From the IMG/VR virus record IMGVR_UViG_3300032770_000001, positions 248,001-312,000 of that record: a stretch of 64,000 nt of DNA; one strand, given 5' to 3'. Made by a program: the position numbers and the translations under genes. A model generated the notes under the pieces. That model searched no databases. It saw nothing but the letters and a program-made list of their open reading frames with translations, and was not told the DNA's origin. Below, in pieces: positions 31,042-40,220 of this stretch; the first letter of the stretch is position 1, and each line of letters begins with the position of its first letter.

Positions 31042-31650
31042 GTGCGTATGGCATTCAATACGGAGAATACGCGGAGGCATGATATGGGTCTTTTTCCGAG
31101 CAACATGATCGCAGAAGAAGTTAATGGCGGCGTCAAGGTGTTCGCCAACGTCGCACGTCGCATCGCACGCGACAACCCGGAGTATCCCTACAAGTCTGTC
31201 CTCCTGCCTGAGGCTCCGCAGATCGTCGAGGAAGTCAAGAAGATCATCATTGGAGAATTGATTGAGGCTGGCATTCCGCACAAAATGAATGGCGAAGGCG
31301 TATGCGGGATGTTCGACATGTCTTTTGACGACGTAGAAAGTCTCCGTATGTCCAACGGCTACTTCCCGGAAGTTCCGTCGAAGCTGATCGGTTTTTACAA
31401 CAAGTGGAAATTTGAGCGACGTTGGTATTACTATGTAGCAGAGGGTGCCGGAATCCCTCCGGAATTCGCCATCCCGTTCGACAAAGAATGGGGTCGTCAG
31501 GTCAGAGTTCACGGTGACTGCGGTTGCCGTGGGGCGGAATTTTGGGGAGAAGGCTTCGGGATCGACATGTATCACATCGATACTCCCGCAGGTTTGAAAG
31601 CATTCATCGGGCTCCTCGATAAGGTTTACAAACCACATCCGCGAGAGTAA
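31042..31650 (+). CDS. hypothetical protein (start probably later)
   Basis: WKFERRWYYYVAEG...YHIDTPAGL. Confidence 0.65.
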   Translation: MRMAFNTENTRRHDMGLFPSNMIAEEVNGGVKVFANVARRIARDNPEYPYKSVLLPEAPQIVEEVKKIIIGELIEAGIPHKMNGEGVCGMFDMSFDDVESLRMSNGYFPEVPSKLIGFYNKWKFERRWYYYVAEGAGIPPEFAIPFDKEWGRQVRVHGDCGCRGAEFWGEGFGIDMYHIDTPAGLKAFIGLLDKVYKPHPRE

Positions 31651-32980
31651 CGTGAAGCTGTCTAAGATCGGTATAGGTGCAATGATCGTCGCCGCTGGCG
31701 GCGGTGTCCTCTGGTTAATCTCCCACTGCAATCACAAATTCACCCGCCCGTTCAGCAACACCCCGTGGCGTCGAAAGCAGACCTACGTGGTATGCATCAA
31801 ATGCGGCGGGGAGTACGAGTACGACGCTGAACTCATGGAAGTCGGCAAACGGCTACCGAATATCGTTGACTCGGCTCCGAAACATACCGTAATCTAGGGA
31901 CATGTTTCCCACAATCAACATCCCCCAAGCACTCAGCGTCTATGACGATCTGGTTAAGGCGTACTACGGAGACAACCGCTACGGCGGTAACGTTGCTGAA
32001 ATCTATGCCAGCCGTTGCACGGAGTACAGCGCCTCGATCTACTGTGCAGTCGGAGCCGCTGACCTTCACAAAGATGGGTTTCTTTACGACGCTCTGTTAG
32101 AGTTCACCAAGAGCGCCGGGGACAACCTGTTCTCGATCATCGAACTGTTTAAGCAGCACTACCCGGACGCCAAAGTCCATATTCAAGGGTGGGTGGGGCC
32201 GAAGAGTCGCGAAGTCTGGCGCATTCCCCGTATCGGATTACGGGGCGGATTCAACCATCGAGTTCATGTCCGGGTCACGCATCCGGGTCAGAAAATCCAC
32301 GGCGAATGATCTGGCTGGCAAATGTTGCTCTCTTTCTCGCGCTCTGGCTGATCGGGAGAAAAACCTTCCGAACGGGCTATACTTTGGGCGTAATCGGGAG
32401 TATCCTGTACGCAGTGGTTTCGATTCAGATTCATCGTTGGGATTTTGCGTCATTCAACATAGCGATGACCCTGCTTAATGGGTGGAATTTATGTCAGAAC
32501 TGGAACAAGACTGGAAAGACCGCTGTGACAAAATCGGAGTTGATCCCTTGACGACATCAGGAACCCCGCAAGATCAAATGATGTTCCCGGAGAAGGCGAC
32601 CTATGAGGTAATGCCTTCGCGAGAGCCGCAGAAAGAACCTCGCAAGCTAGAATTTCTATTCGCTGACGTTATGGGCGTCTGGTATTCCGCCCCGGAGACG
32701 TGGGTGCGCATGGATGGCTCCGAGAAAAAGCATGTAGAGCCGGGTCAGATCGGACTGCACATCAAGTGGGGAGCCAAGAACTACGGCTTCGGCGAGTACA
32801 TCGTGCGGTTCATGACGGACGGTACGATCAAGGTGCATGACGAGTATGGCGGGCCGAATTTCTCGCAACAGCTTTTCGCATTCATCGGTGAACAGATTGC
32901 CAAAGGCGAACACGACCGCGAGAGAGACGCGAAGGAAACAAAATCGCTGGCAGAACTAGCGAAGGAAGTCGAAGAATCGA

Positions 32981-33919
32981 ATGAAGGTTCTGGAACAACT
33001 CAAGGCGAATAAGTTCCCCTACGCGGGGAACCTGATCCACCTGTTCAAGGCTGGCTCCGAACTCCACGGTGCCAAGGTCGAGGGCAAGCAGGATGAGGAT
33101 TGGATGGGTGTGTACGTCGAGAGCCCCAACATGGTGATTGGGCTGGACGAATACCCCCACTACGTTTGGTCATCGGCTGGCGACCACGACAAGAACAAGC
33201 CGGGGGACATGGACATCACTCTTTACAGCCTGCGCAAGTGGGTCAAGCTGGCGTGCACGGGGAATCCTACGATCCTCGGCTGCCTGTTCGCTCCCAATGT
33301 GCTGGATAACGCGCATTGGAGCAAGGTTGTGGCGAAGAAGGATTTGTTCCTCGCCAAGTCCGTGGCTGAGCCGTTCCATGGTTTCGCCGATCAGCAGCTT
33401 AAGCGGGTGCTCGGCGAGAAGGGCAAGGGCAAGCATGGTCAGCGTCCCGAACTGGAGCAGAAGTTTGGGTACGACACTAAGGCTGCCATGCACGTGCTGC
33501 GGCTCCTCGGTGAGGGCGTGGAATTGTTGATGGCGGGTAAGATCACCTATCCTCGTCCCAACACCAAGATTCTGATTGACTGTCGGCAGGGCAAGTTTGA
33601 TTTGCCGTCTGTCAAGGGAATGGCGGATATTCTCTTTGCCGATCTCGAACGGGCTCGACGCGAATCCGGACTGCCGGAGGAGTGCGACCGTGCGGGAGCT
33701 TCTCAGTTCTTGACGGATTTCTACCTTGACTACTGGCAGCAACAGGAATCGCAGATGAACCGCGTTCTAGCGAAGGGAGTAAATCTTGCTTCCCGCTGGA
33801 TCGCGGGACACCTGCGCGTGTGCCCTCTGACTGACGGTCATCCGGCGTGGGAAGAGTGGAAGGAAGAAGATGTCGTGAAGATCGCCATGATCGATTTGGC
33901 GATGCGGAGCAGTGAATGA
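32981..33919 (+). CDS. Pol-beta superfamily nucleotidyltransferase (RNA-repair/YcgL-like)
   Basis: GSELHG...DEDWMGVY, GNPTIL, YDTKAAMHVLRLL. Confidence 0.85.
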   Translation: MKVLEQLKANKFPYAGNLIHLFKAGSELHGAKVEGKQDEDWMGVYVESPNMVIGLDEYPHYVWSSAGDHDKNKPGDMDITLYSLRKWVKLACTGNPTILGCLFAPNVLDNAHWSKVVAKKDLFLAKSVAEPFHGFADQQLKRVLGEKGKGKHGQRPELEQKFGYDTKAAMHVLRLLGEGVELLMAGKITYPRPNTKILIDCRQGKFDLPSVKGMADILFADLERARRESGLPEECDRAGASQFLTDFYLDYWQQQESQMNRVLAKGVNLASRWIAGHLRVCPLTDGHPAWEEWKEEDVVKIAMIDLAMRSSE

Positions 33920-34474
33920 ACAACGTCTACATCCCCGTATCCAGCGACACCATCGTGAAGATGGACGAACGCGGACTGCCGATGATAACGACCATCAGTC
34001 GGTTCAAAGCACCGTGCGAAGGGCCGGATTGCTGGATGTGCAAATCACTCAAGGAAAATAAAGATGGCGGCGATTCAAGGTAATACGGTTTGGAACAACC
34101 GGGGAAGTAGCTGGGACTTCGAGAACAATTCCGACGCATGGCAGGCTTACGGTTTGATCTGCGACTATGAAGCCTACATCAACGATCTGATTGCTGCTGG
34201 TATCGTCGAGGTTCATCGTGGTGAGGCTATCTCGACCGAGATCAAACATCATCCCTTCGAGCGGCGAGAATCTGATGTACGAGTGTGACGGCGGCGAAGT
34301 AGTCGTTAAGGACTGCAATGAGGGGCGCTTCCGCCTCGGAGGTCTGCTCGACTTCCATACATGGCGATGCGAGGACGTGTACGTTTGGCCGAACTCATGG
34401 GGTGATCGCACAATTACCGAACGTTGCCGGGTCTGCGGAGCCGAGCGTCAGTATGATCTTCCCGGAGGGCCGTA

Positions 34475-34753
34475 GTGAGTCACGGCACCTGCTGCCTCTG
34501 CGACCGGGAACGAGGCGACATCACCCGGCACCATCTGATTCCTCGCACCATGCACAGCAAGAAATGGGTGAAGGAACGTTTCCTCATCACGACCCTGCGG
34601 ATCACGGTGCCCATGTGTAAGCCCTGTCACAAGCAGATTCACGAGTTGATTACTGAAAAAGACATGGCACGGGAGTACAATACTGTGGAAGACCTCAAGG
34701 CTCACCCGGAGGTCGCTACTTGGGTCGAGTGGGTGAGAGACAAGGCATTCTAA
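34475..34753 (+). CDS. small HNH-family protein
   Basis: CCLC...TRHHLIPR...CKPCHKQIH. Confidence 0.8.
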   Translation: MSHGTCCLCDRERGDITRHHLIPRTMHSKKWVKERFLITTLRITVPMCKPCHKQIHELITEKDMAREYNTVEDLKAHPEVATWVEWVRDKAF

Positions 34754-35520
34754 TGTGCTTTTTCGCGATGAAGCCGGAACCGAAGGGCGATGATCCCATC
34801 CCCTACACCTATTGTCCGCACATCATGACTGAGTTTGAAGGACGGCCTGTGCTCTGGTCGCGGACTGGCACCATCGGCATGTGCTCGTGCTGCTGGCATT
34901 ACATGTGCGGCAAGTGCTACAGCCATCACCCGAAGCCGGAGAACGCGCCTCACGGGATTCTCCCTTGCCATTGGGATACGCGACAGTTTATATTCATGGT
35001 TGAACGCTTCGGTGATCTACCTCAGAGCGAACAAAGCAGAATTTGGCGAGACCCAGTTGCACGGGCAAAGTTTTACCACGAGACGCCGATAAGGGGCTGA
35101 TTATGAATTCTTTTGGTCTTAGATTCATTGCTTTTGTGTTCGTGTTAGCCGTGCTGTTCGGTGCCATCAACGCCAATCGACTTTATGAGTCGCACGTTAC
35201 GACGACAGCGACGGGACGTGAACCCGTCCAGCCAGAGCCATACAAAGCGGTGTCCTCGATCTACGTTTGGCATCAACCCCTGAAGGACATGCCCGTGGGC
35301 GCACAGGGCTGTTACGAGGTTTTCTACACGTCAAGCGGAGAGCCGTTTGTTTGGGCGTGGGAAGATTCAGACCCGATCTGCCACACTATCGTCCGGCGTG
35401 ATAAGGACGGCTGGCACGCCACACAGCAGGGACCGACAGACCATGAGCAAATCACCGGGTATGTGTCGGTCAGACAGGCTGAGGGCATCCCGATCTCGTA
35501 AAAAATTTTTTCGATAGTTG

Positions 35521-35553
35521 TTGACAAACCGACTACCGATATGGTATTAGTAG
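35521..35553 (+). promoter_or_regulatory. sigma70-like promoter of tRNA array 2
   Basis: TTGACA 35521-35526, then TGGTATTAGTAG; AT-rich sequence upstream. Confidence 0.75.
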
Positions 35554-35572
35554 TAGTGAGCTTGAGAAATTC

Positions 35573-35668
35573 ATGACCTTCATGACAGCCAAATCGAGCC
35601 GAAAGCATCAGCGCCGGAATAATCGCTGGTTCGGCACGGGTCTGTTCTCTGAAGGGTGGGGCGCTTAA
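35573..35668 (+). CDS. attenuator leader peptide 2 (MTFMTAKSSRKHQRRNNRWFGTGLFSEGWGA)
   Basis: control run AAA..CGA AAG CAT CAG CGC CGG AAT AAT CGC TGG matches downstream Lys/Arg/His/Gln/Asn/Trp tRNAs; alternative start at ATG 35582. Confidence 0.82.
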   Translation: MTFMTAKSSRKHQRRNNRWFGTGLFSEGWGA

Positions 35669-35695
35669 AGCCTAGAAACCCAAGAGATTAACGAG

Positions 35696-35729
35696 ACCCG
35701 GAGCCAAAAGGCTTCGGGTTTTTTGTTTT
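35696..35729 (+). terminator. attenuator terminator of tRNA array 2
   Basis: ACCCGGAGCC-AAAA-GGCTTCGGGT followed by TTTTTGTTTT. Confidence 0.9.
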
Positions 35730-35746
35730 GGTCTTTGAAAATTTAT

Positions 35747-35825
35747 AGGGGCGTAAGACTATCTGGCGTCGTCGGCTGGTCTCCAAAACCATGCAGTGGG
35801 GGTTCAAATCCCCCCGCCCCTGCCA
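35747..35825 (+). tRNA. tRNA-Trp(CCA)
   Basis: AGGGGCG/CGCCCCT-G-CCA; loop CTCCAAA. Confidence 0.9.
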
Positions 35826-35826
35826 T

Positions 35827-35914
35827 TGGGCGATGGTGTAATTGGCAACACACTTGGCTCTGAACCAAGGGACTGATAAAGCTTGTGGAGGTTCGAGTCC
35901 TCCTCGCCCAGCCA
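35827..35914 (+). tRNA. tRNA-Gln(CTG) with extended variable region
   Basis: TGGGCGA/TCGCCCA-G-CCA; CTTGG-CTCTGAA-CCAAG. Confidence 0.88.
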
Positions 35915-36028
35915 ATATTGCAATAGGACTGGATACTTGCCGAGAAAGGGTACGGCGTTCGCGTCGGAGAGTATTTCGGGTGTCGAGAAGCCAGCCTTAC
36001 GGCTACAATCCGTGAAAGCCGTTTCGAT

Positions 36029-36105
36029 GGTGGGCGTAGTTCAACTGGTAGAACGCAGGATTGTGGCTCCTGTAGTTGCGGGTTCGAATCCCGTCGCCCA
36101 CCCCA
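36029..36105 (+). tRNA. tRNA-His(GTG), encoded G-1
   Basis: CAGGA-TTGTGGC-TCCTG; G-1:C73. Confidence 0.95.
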
Positions 36106-36116
36106 AGTTTAGATGT

Positions 36117-36192
36117 GGTGTCATTAGCCAAGAGGTAAGGCAAGAGGTTGTGGCCCTCTCATGCGTCGGTTCGATCCCGACATGACACCCCA
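36117..36192 (+). tRNA. tRNA-His(GTG) second copy, encoded G-1
   Basis: AGAGG-TTGTGGC-CCTCT; G-1:C73. Confidence 0.92.
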
Positions 36193-36230
36193 AGTTTTGA
36201 GGAGATAGCAGATTGGATCGACATAGTAAC

Positions 36231-36306
36231 GGGCTTATAGCTCAGAAGGAAGAGCACTGGAATCCGAATCCAGAGGTCGGCGGTTCGAGTCCGCCTAAGC
36301 CCTCCA
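36231..36306 (+). tRNA. tRNA-Arg(CCG)
   Basis: CTGGA-ATCCGAA-TCCAG; GGGCTTA/TAAGCCC. Confidence 0.92.
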
Positions 36307-36317
36307 GAGTTTTGCAA

Positions 36318-36464
36318 GTGATCGCTGGCAGTCCGATTGATTTTGACTGCCCTCTTTGCGGCAAGCCGAAAGGCGTACCCTGCAAAGTCAGGATCGTGGA
36401 AGAGCAGATCGTAGAGATCGACTTCCATCTTGACCGCAAAAAGTTGACAAGATTGTCCGCATAG
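36318..36464 (+). CDS. small zinc-finger protein ending inside tRNA-Arg(ACG)
   Basis: CPLC..PC..H; the TAG stop is tRNA positions 8-10. Confidence 0.5.
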   Translation: MIAGSPIDFDCPLCGKPKGVPCKVRIVEEQIVEIDFHLDRKKLTRLSA

Positions 36465-36531
36465 CTCAACTGGATAGAGCGCGTGCCTACGAAGCATGAG
36501 GTTGGGGGTTCGAGTCCCTCTGTGGACACCA
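36455..36531 (+). tRNA. tRNA-Arg(ACG)
   Basis: CGTGC-CTACGAA-GCATG; canonical D and T arms. Confidence 0.95.
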
Positions 36532-36536
36532 TATCA

Positions 36537-36611
36537 GGGGTGTATTGTCGGTTCGAATCCGGCTGGTCGTGGGTTTCACGATCATAGGCTCAAATGGTCA
36601 ACCAACGCCCC
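36537..36611 (+). ncRNA. circularly permuted tRNA-like RNA (YrlA/Y-RNA-like module)
   Basis: closing stem GGGGTGT/ACGCCCC; T arm GTCGG-TTCGAAT-CCGGC; loop-closed acceptor stem TGGTCGT/ACGATCA; D-like arm. Confidence 0.7.
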
Positions 36612-36622
36612 GTCGTTTTTAT

Positions 36623-36709
36623 GCCTCCGTGTCGGCAACTGGATGCCACCCTCGCTACGAACGAGGAGCCCGAAAGGGAATGCAGGTTCGAGTCCTGTCG
36701 GGGGTTCCA
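36623..36709 (+). tRNA. atypical tRNA-Arg(ACG) with long variable arm
   Basis: CCTCG-CTACGAA-CGAGG; V arm CCC-GAAA-GGG; TCCA end. Confidence 0.82.
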
Positions 36710-36920
36710 TTTTGAAGTATTGAAGAGTATGAGCAGACTTGAAGAGTTGTACGCGCAGTTGGAAAAGACGGAGCCCGGATCGCCGGAATCGAAAACAATA
36801 GCGGAAAAGATTCTGGAAGAGGTCTTCGGCGGCGTCCCGGAAGGGAAAGAAGGCGCGACTGTTCATGCTCCGGGTTGTAAGTGTGGTTGGTGTTTGATGG
36901 GAGATACAAAGTTTTAACAC

Positions 36921-37007
36921 TGGGATGTAGACCGTAATTGGTAGCGGGCGTGGCTGTTAACCACGTGCAGAAATGCCTTGTAGGTTCGAGCCCTACCGTC
37001 CCAGCCA
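36921..37007 (+). tRNA. tRNA-Asn(GTT) with long variable arm
   Basis: CGTGG-CTGTTAA-CCACG; V arm GCA-GAAA-TGC. Confidence 0.88.
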
Positions 37008-37013
37008 GATTTT

Positions 37014-37089
37014 TCCGGGGTAGCTCAGCGGTAGTAGCGTCCGGCTGTTAACCGGATGGTCGCAGGTTCGATCCCTGCCCCCGGAGCCA
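37014..37089 (+). tRNA. tRNA-Asn(GTT)
   Basis: TCCGG-CTGTTAA-CCGGA; canonical. Confidence 0.95.
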
Positions 37090-37346
37090 AGATGTAAACG
37101 TGCGGTTGGGGAGCGGAGCCCTCGGCGAGGGTGGAAAGCCTAAACTCCGCTCCCCGCTGTGGGGGCTGGGTCGCCTGTATAGCGCCACTCCTCATGCTTA
37201 GGGCACGGGATGTCGTTTTCGAAGACTTCTAGGATTGGAATTGGGATGTGGCACTCGCAAAGCAGGATCGCAAAGTAGCGTTCCTCACCGTCTTCGGTTT
37301 TTGCGTAGGCACCACAGACCTGCATACTTAAAGAATACCAAAGTTT

Positions 37347-37423
37347 GGGTGCGTCGTATAGCGGCTGATTATATTCCCCTCTTAAGGGACTTGACGTTGG
37401 TTCAAATCCAACCGCACCCACCA
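37347..37423 (+). tRNA. tRNA-Lys(CTT)
   Basis: GGGTGCG/CGCACCC-A-CCA; loop CTCTTAA. Confidence 0.9.
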
Positions 37424-37443
37424 AGTTTGTGGTATTGTGTAGT

Positions 37444-37605
37444 ATGGCTTTTACCAAGGAACAACTCGAAGCACTGGCTGCTCCATTGCGGCATGTGATT
37501 TTCGACAAGGACACCATCGCGTACCTTGAATGGGTTAGAGATAACCCAAACGAGTGGGCACAGATGATGCAGCAGCGCGATAAAGAACGACAATTGGGGG
37601 GTTAG
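37444..37605 (+). CDS. 53-aa hypothetical protein ending inside tRNA-Lys(CTT)
   Basis: MAFTKEQLEALAAPLRH...QLGG; the TAG stop is tRNA positions 8-10; TGG-TATTGT element just upstream. Confidence 0.55.
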   Translation: MAFTKEQLEALAAPLRHVIFDKDTIAYLEWVRDNPNEWAQMMQQRDKERQLGG

Positions 37606-37671
37606 CTCAACTGGCAGAGCAGGGGCCTCTTAAGCCTCAGGTTGCGGGTTCGACTCCCGTGCCCCTCACCA
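37596..37671 (+). tRNA. tRNA-Lys(CTT) second copy
   Basis: GGGGC-CTCTTAA-GCCTC; canonical D and T arms. Confidence 0.93.
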
Positions 37672-37941
37672 AATCTAGTTAGGAGTTTGCTATGTTCGGT
37701 CCAGCGGAAGATGTACCGGGCGAATGCAATGCTCGGTTGGAGATCGGCGACGATTATGGCGACAATGTCGCCACGATGCGTTGCCAGCGGGAGCCGGGTC
37801 ATCCGGATCGGCACCGCGAAGAATACGTGGACGTGGACAAAGGTGTTGTCACCGTCCAGTGGGGCAATCAGCCCGAATAAGATTGGAACGTGTACACGTT
37901 CCATCGTCCTCGGCTCGGCGACGGTCGGGTAGCGGGGACAG

Positions 37942-38012
37942 CGTACCGTAGCTTAGTTGGCAGAGCGTCCGCCTTGGAAGCGGAAGACGCAGGTTCGAAT
38001 CCTGTCGGCTTT
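37942..38012 (+). pseudogene. tRNA-Pro(TGG) pseudogene
   Basis: intact D, anticodon (TCCGC-CTTGGAA-GCGGA) and T arms, but the acceptor stem pairs only 3 bp and there is no CCA. Confidence 0.7.
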
Positions 38013-38320
38013 GTGTTGGCTCCGGCAGTACCTCGACGGAGGGAATAGTCCGGAGCCGCTTACGTTTATGATACCAGCGTGTGTGACATGCACCGATTGC
38101 GGGTTCGCACCATACGGGATGTACATGGTGACGAACGAGCTTTGGGCAGCGGCGGGACTGAAGCGTGACGATAACGTTTGTCCTCTCTGTCTGGAGAAGC
38201 GTATCGGGCGACCGCTGACACAAGAGGATTTTACGCCGTTCCCGTGCAATAGGATCATCCGAGCCCACGGGGTTCAGGCGCACATTGATTTTTGGAAGCC
38301 TTTAATAGAGGAAGATTATC

Positions 38321-38866
38321 GTGAACGACACATTGGTACTTGACATGAACTGGCAGCCTGTCGGCTTCTGCTCTTGGCAGAACGCCGTGAAGCTCTGGTA
38401 CGAAGGGCGTGCTCAGGTCATCAAGGAAGACGAGGCGGGCCGCGTGCTGCGTTCTCCATCTTTCACGATGGGTATGCCGCGAGTCATTGTCGTTCGTAAC
38501 GCTTGGACTCGTCGTCGCCGTCAGGCTGTGCCGTTCAGCCGTCGCAACATTGCTGTTCGTGACGACTCGACGTGCCAGTATTGCGGCAAGATACTGCACA
38601 CCCACCAGTACACGCTGGATCACGTACTGCCGCGTTCGCAGGGTGGTGTGTCGTCTTGGACGAACCTTGTTCTGGCTTGCATCCGTTGCAACAAGTACAA
38701 GGCCGGACAGACGCCGGAGCAGGCAGGCATGACTCTGTTGAAGAAGCCTGTCGAACCGAAGTCCGATGATCCGAAGTACAACTTCAAGCTGCACATCCGC
38801 CACGTCCGTGCCGAGTGGAAGGAATGGTCAAGCTGGCTCTACTGGAACATCGAATTGGATCGTTAA
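38321..38866 (+). CDS. HNH endonuclease (McrA-like)
   Basis: SRRNIAVRDDSTCQYCG...TLDHVLPRSQGG..SWTNLVLACIRCNKYK. Confidence 0.92.
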   Translation: MNDTLVLDMNWQPVGFCSWQNAVKLWYEGRAQVIKEDEAGRVLRSPSFTMGMPRVIVVRNAWTRRRRQAVPFSRRNIAVRDDSTCQYCGKILHTHQYTLDHVLPRSQGGVSSWTNLVLACIRCNKYKAGQTPEQAGMTLLKKPVEPKSDDPKYNFKLHIRHVRAEWKEWSSWLYWNIELDR

Positions 38867-39474
38867 TGCTGCACACCGTCTACAAAACGGTTTGCCTGCT
38901 AAACGGCAAATTCTATGTTGGGTATCACAAAACTAAAGACCCGTCCGATGGATACCTCGGCTCCGGCACGTACATCCGCCGAGCAGTTCGTAAACACGGA
39001 CGGGTAAATTTTAGAAAAGAAGTGCTTTTCATCTTTCCGGATGTTGAATCCGCGATGGAGAAGGAAAAAGAACTGGTTGAGTTGCATCGCACTAACCCGC
39101 TTTGCATGAATCTGAAAGACGGTGGGCTCAACGGGAAGATGCCGCCTCATGTCGGGCAAGCAGTAGCGGCAGCCAACCGAAAACGGGTTGGATGGCATCA
39201 TACAGAGGATGCCCGAAACCGGATGCGAGCGTCCGGCAAAAAGGTGAAGACGCCACGAGGCGGTTGGAACAAAGGACGAGCGTGGTCGGCTGACGTGCGG
39301 GAAAAAATCAGTGAGGCGACTGGTGATCGTTCCGGTACAAGGAATCCGAATTTCGGAAATAAAGGCTTGAAGAACCCGCTGTTTGGGACGATCCGGTCGC
39401 AGGAAACACGAGATCGCATAGCCGCTGCGCAGCGTGCGCGGTGGGCGCGGAGGAAAAATGGAATTAACGGGTAA
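38866..39474 (+). CDS. GIY-YIG (Seg-like) homing endonuclease with NUMOD3-like repeats
   Basis: TVYKTVCLLNGKFYVGYHKT...DGYLGSG; HHTEDARNRM and RSQETRDRIA repeats. Confidence 0.88.
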   Translation: MLHTVYKTVCLLNGKFYVGYHKTKDPSDGYLGSGTYIRRAVRKHGRVNFRKEVLFIFPDVESAMEKEKELVELHRTNPLCMNLKDGGLNGKMPPHVGQAVAAANRKRVGWHHTEDARNRMRASGKKVKTPRGGWNKGRAWSADVREKISEATGDRSGTRNPNFGNKGLKNPLFGTIRSQETRDRIAAAQRARWARRKNGING

Positions 39475-39812
39475 GTATCGCATAATTCGAGAGAATGCCG
39501 TGGTAGGTGAGGCTGAGGTAGGACCTGATGGTTCAATCACTGCAATCTACCGACCTTCTGAGAAGTGTGTGTATCATGGGAAGGGCAGCGTTCAATACGG
39601 CGGCGTACAACCCGGTCCTGTAAATGGTACGGTGAATTTCGCCATCCAATTCGGAAGTCAACTTCCTGTGGGCGGTCCGGGAACAAAATTCGGATTCTCG
39701 TTTAACGGCAACAAAGCGGCTGATGGGTCGCTGGCGTTGCAGGGGCACCTGAGCCCGGTTGCCCCCGCGTTCCGGCAAGTTTATAAGTTTTCGGCTGAAA
39801 AAGAGGCGACCG

Positions 39813-40220
39813 ATGGGTAACGATTTCATTTGGGCACCGAAAACCGGACTTAGCAGTCTGTTCACCTTAGAGTGTTTCTATTGCGGCATCGAGCTTAAAA
39901 CTGATGATTTGAGCAAGAAATACGCAAATGATGGGGCTACGGTGGACCACAAAGACCCCGTGAGCAAATTCGGGTCTGAGTTGCCAAGCAATAAAGTGGA
40001 TGCCTGTCGAAAATGTAACTCGGAGAAGAATGATCGTAGTCTCGAAGACTACCGTCAATGGCTCATTGTTCAAAATGAATTGAACACGGAAAAACCCGCA
40101 ATGATTATGGGGCTTCTGGGTTGCTGGACTAGCGGTCAGTTGCGTCGTAATCCAAGCCCAATGGCTGTTCTATTCGGGATGGAGTGGTTGTTCCCCGGAG
40201 AACTGAAAGGGAAAGTATGA
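39813..40220 (+). CDS. HNH endonuclease
   Basis: CFYCG...ATVDHKDPVSKFG...NKVDACRKCNSEK. Confidence 0.85.
   Translation: MGNDFIWAPKTGLSSLFTLECFYCGIELKTDDLSKKYANDGATVDHKDPVSKFGSELPSNKVDACRKCNSEKNDRSLEDYRQWLIVQNELNTEKPAMIMGLLGCWTSGQLRRNPSPMAVLFGMEWLFPGELKGKV

Noticed and set aside
35651-35665. GAAGGGTGGGGCGC resembles a T-box antiterminator sequence
   Set aside because: It lacks the UGGNACC bulge, and there is no room or motif for Stem I; the leader-peptide model explains the region better.
35827-35914. Intron in tRNA-Gln
   Set aside because: The extra sequence is short and lies in the variable region, not the anticodon loop; no self-splicing intron features.
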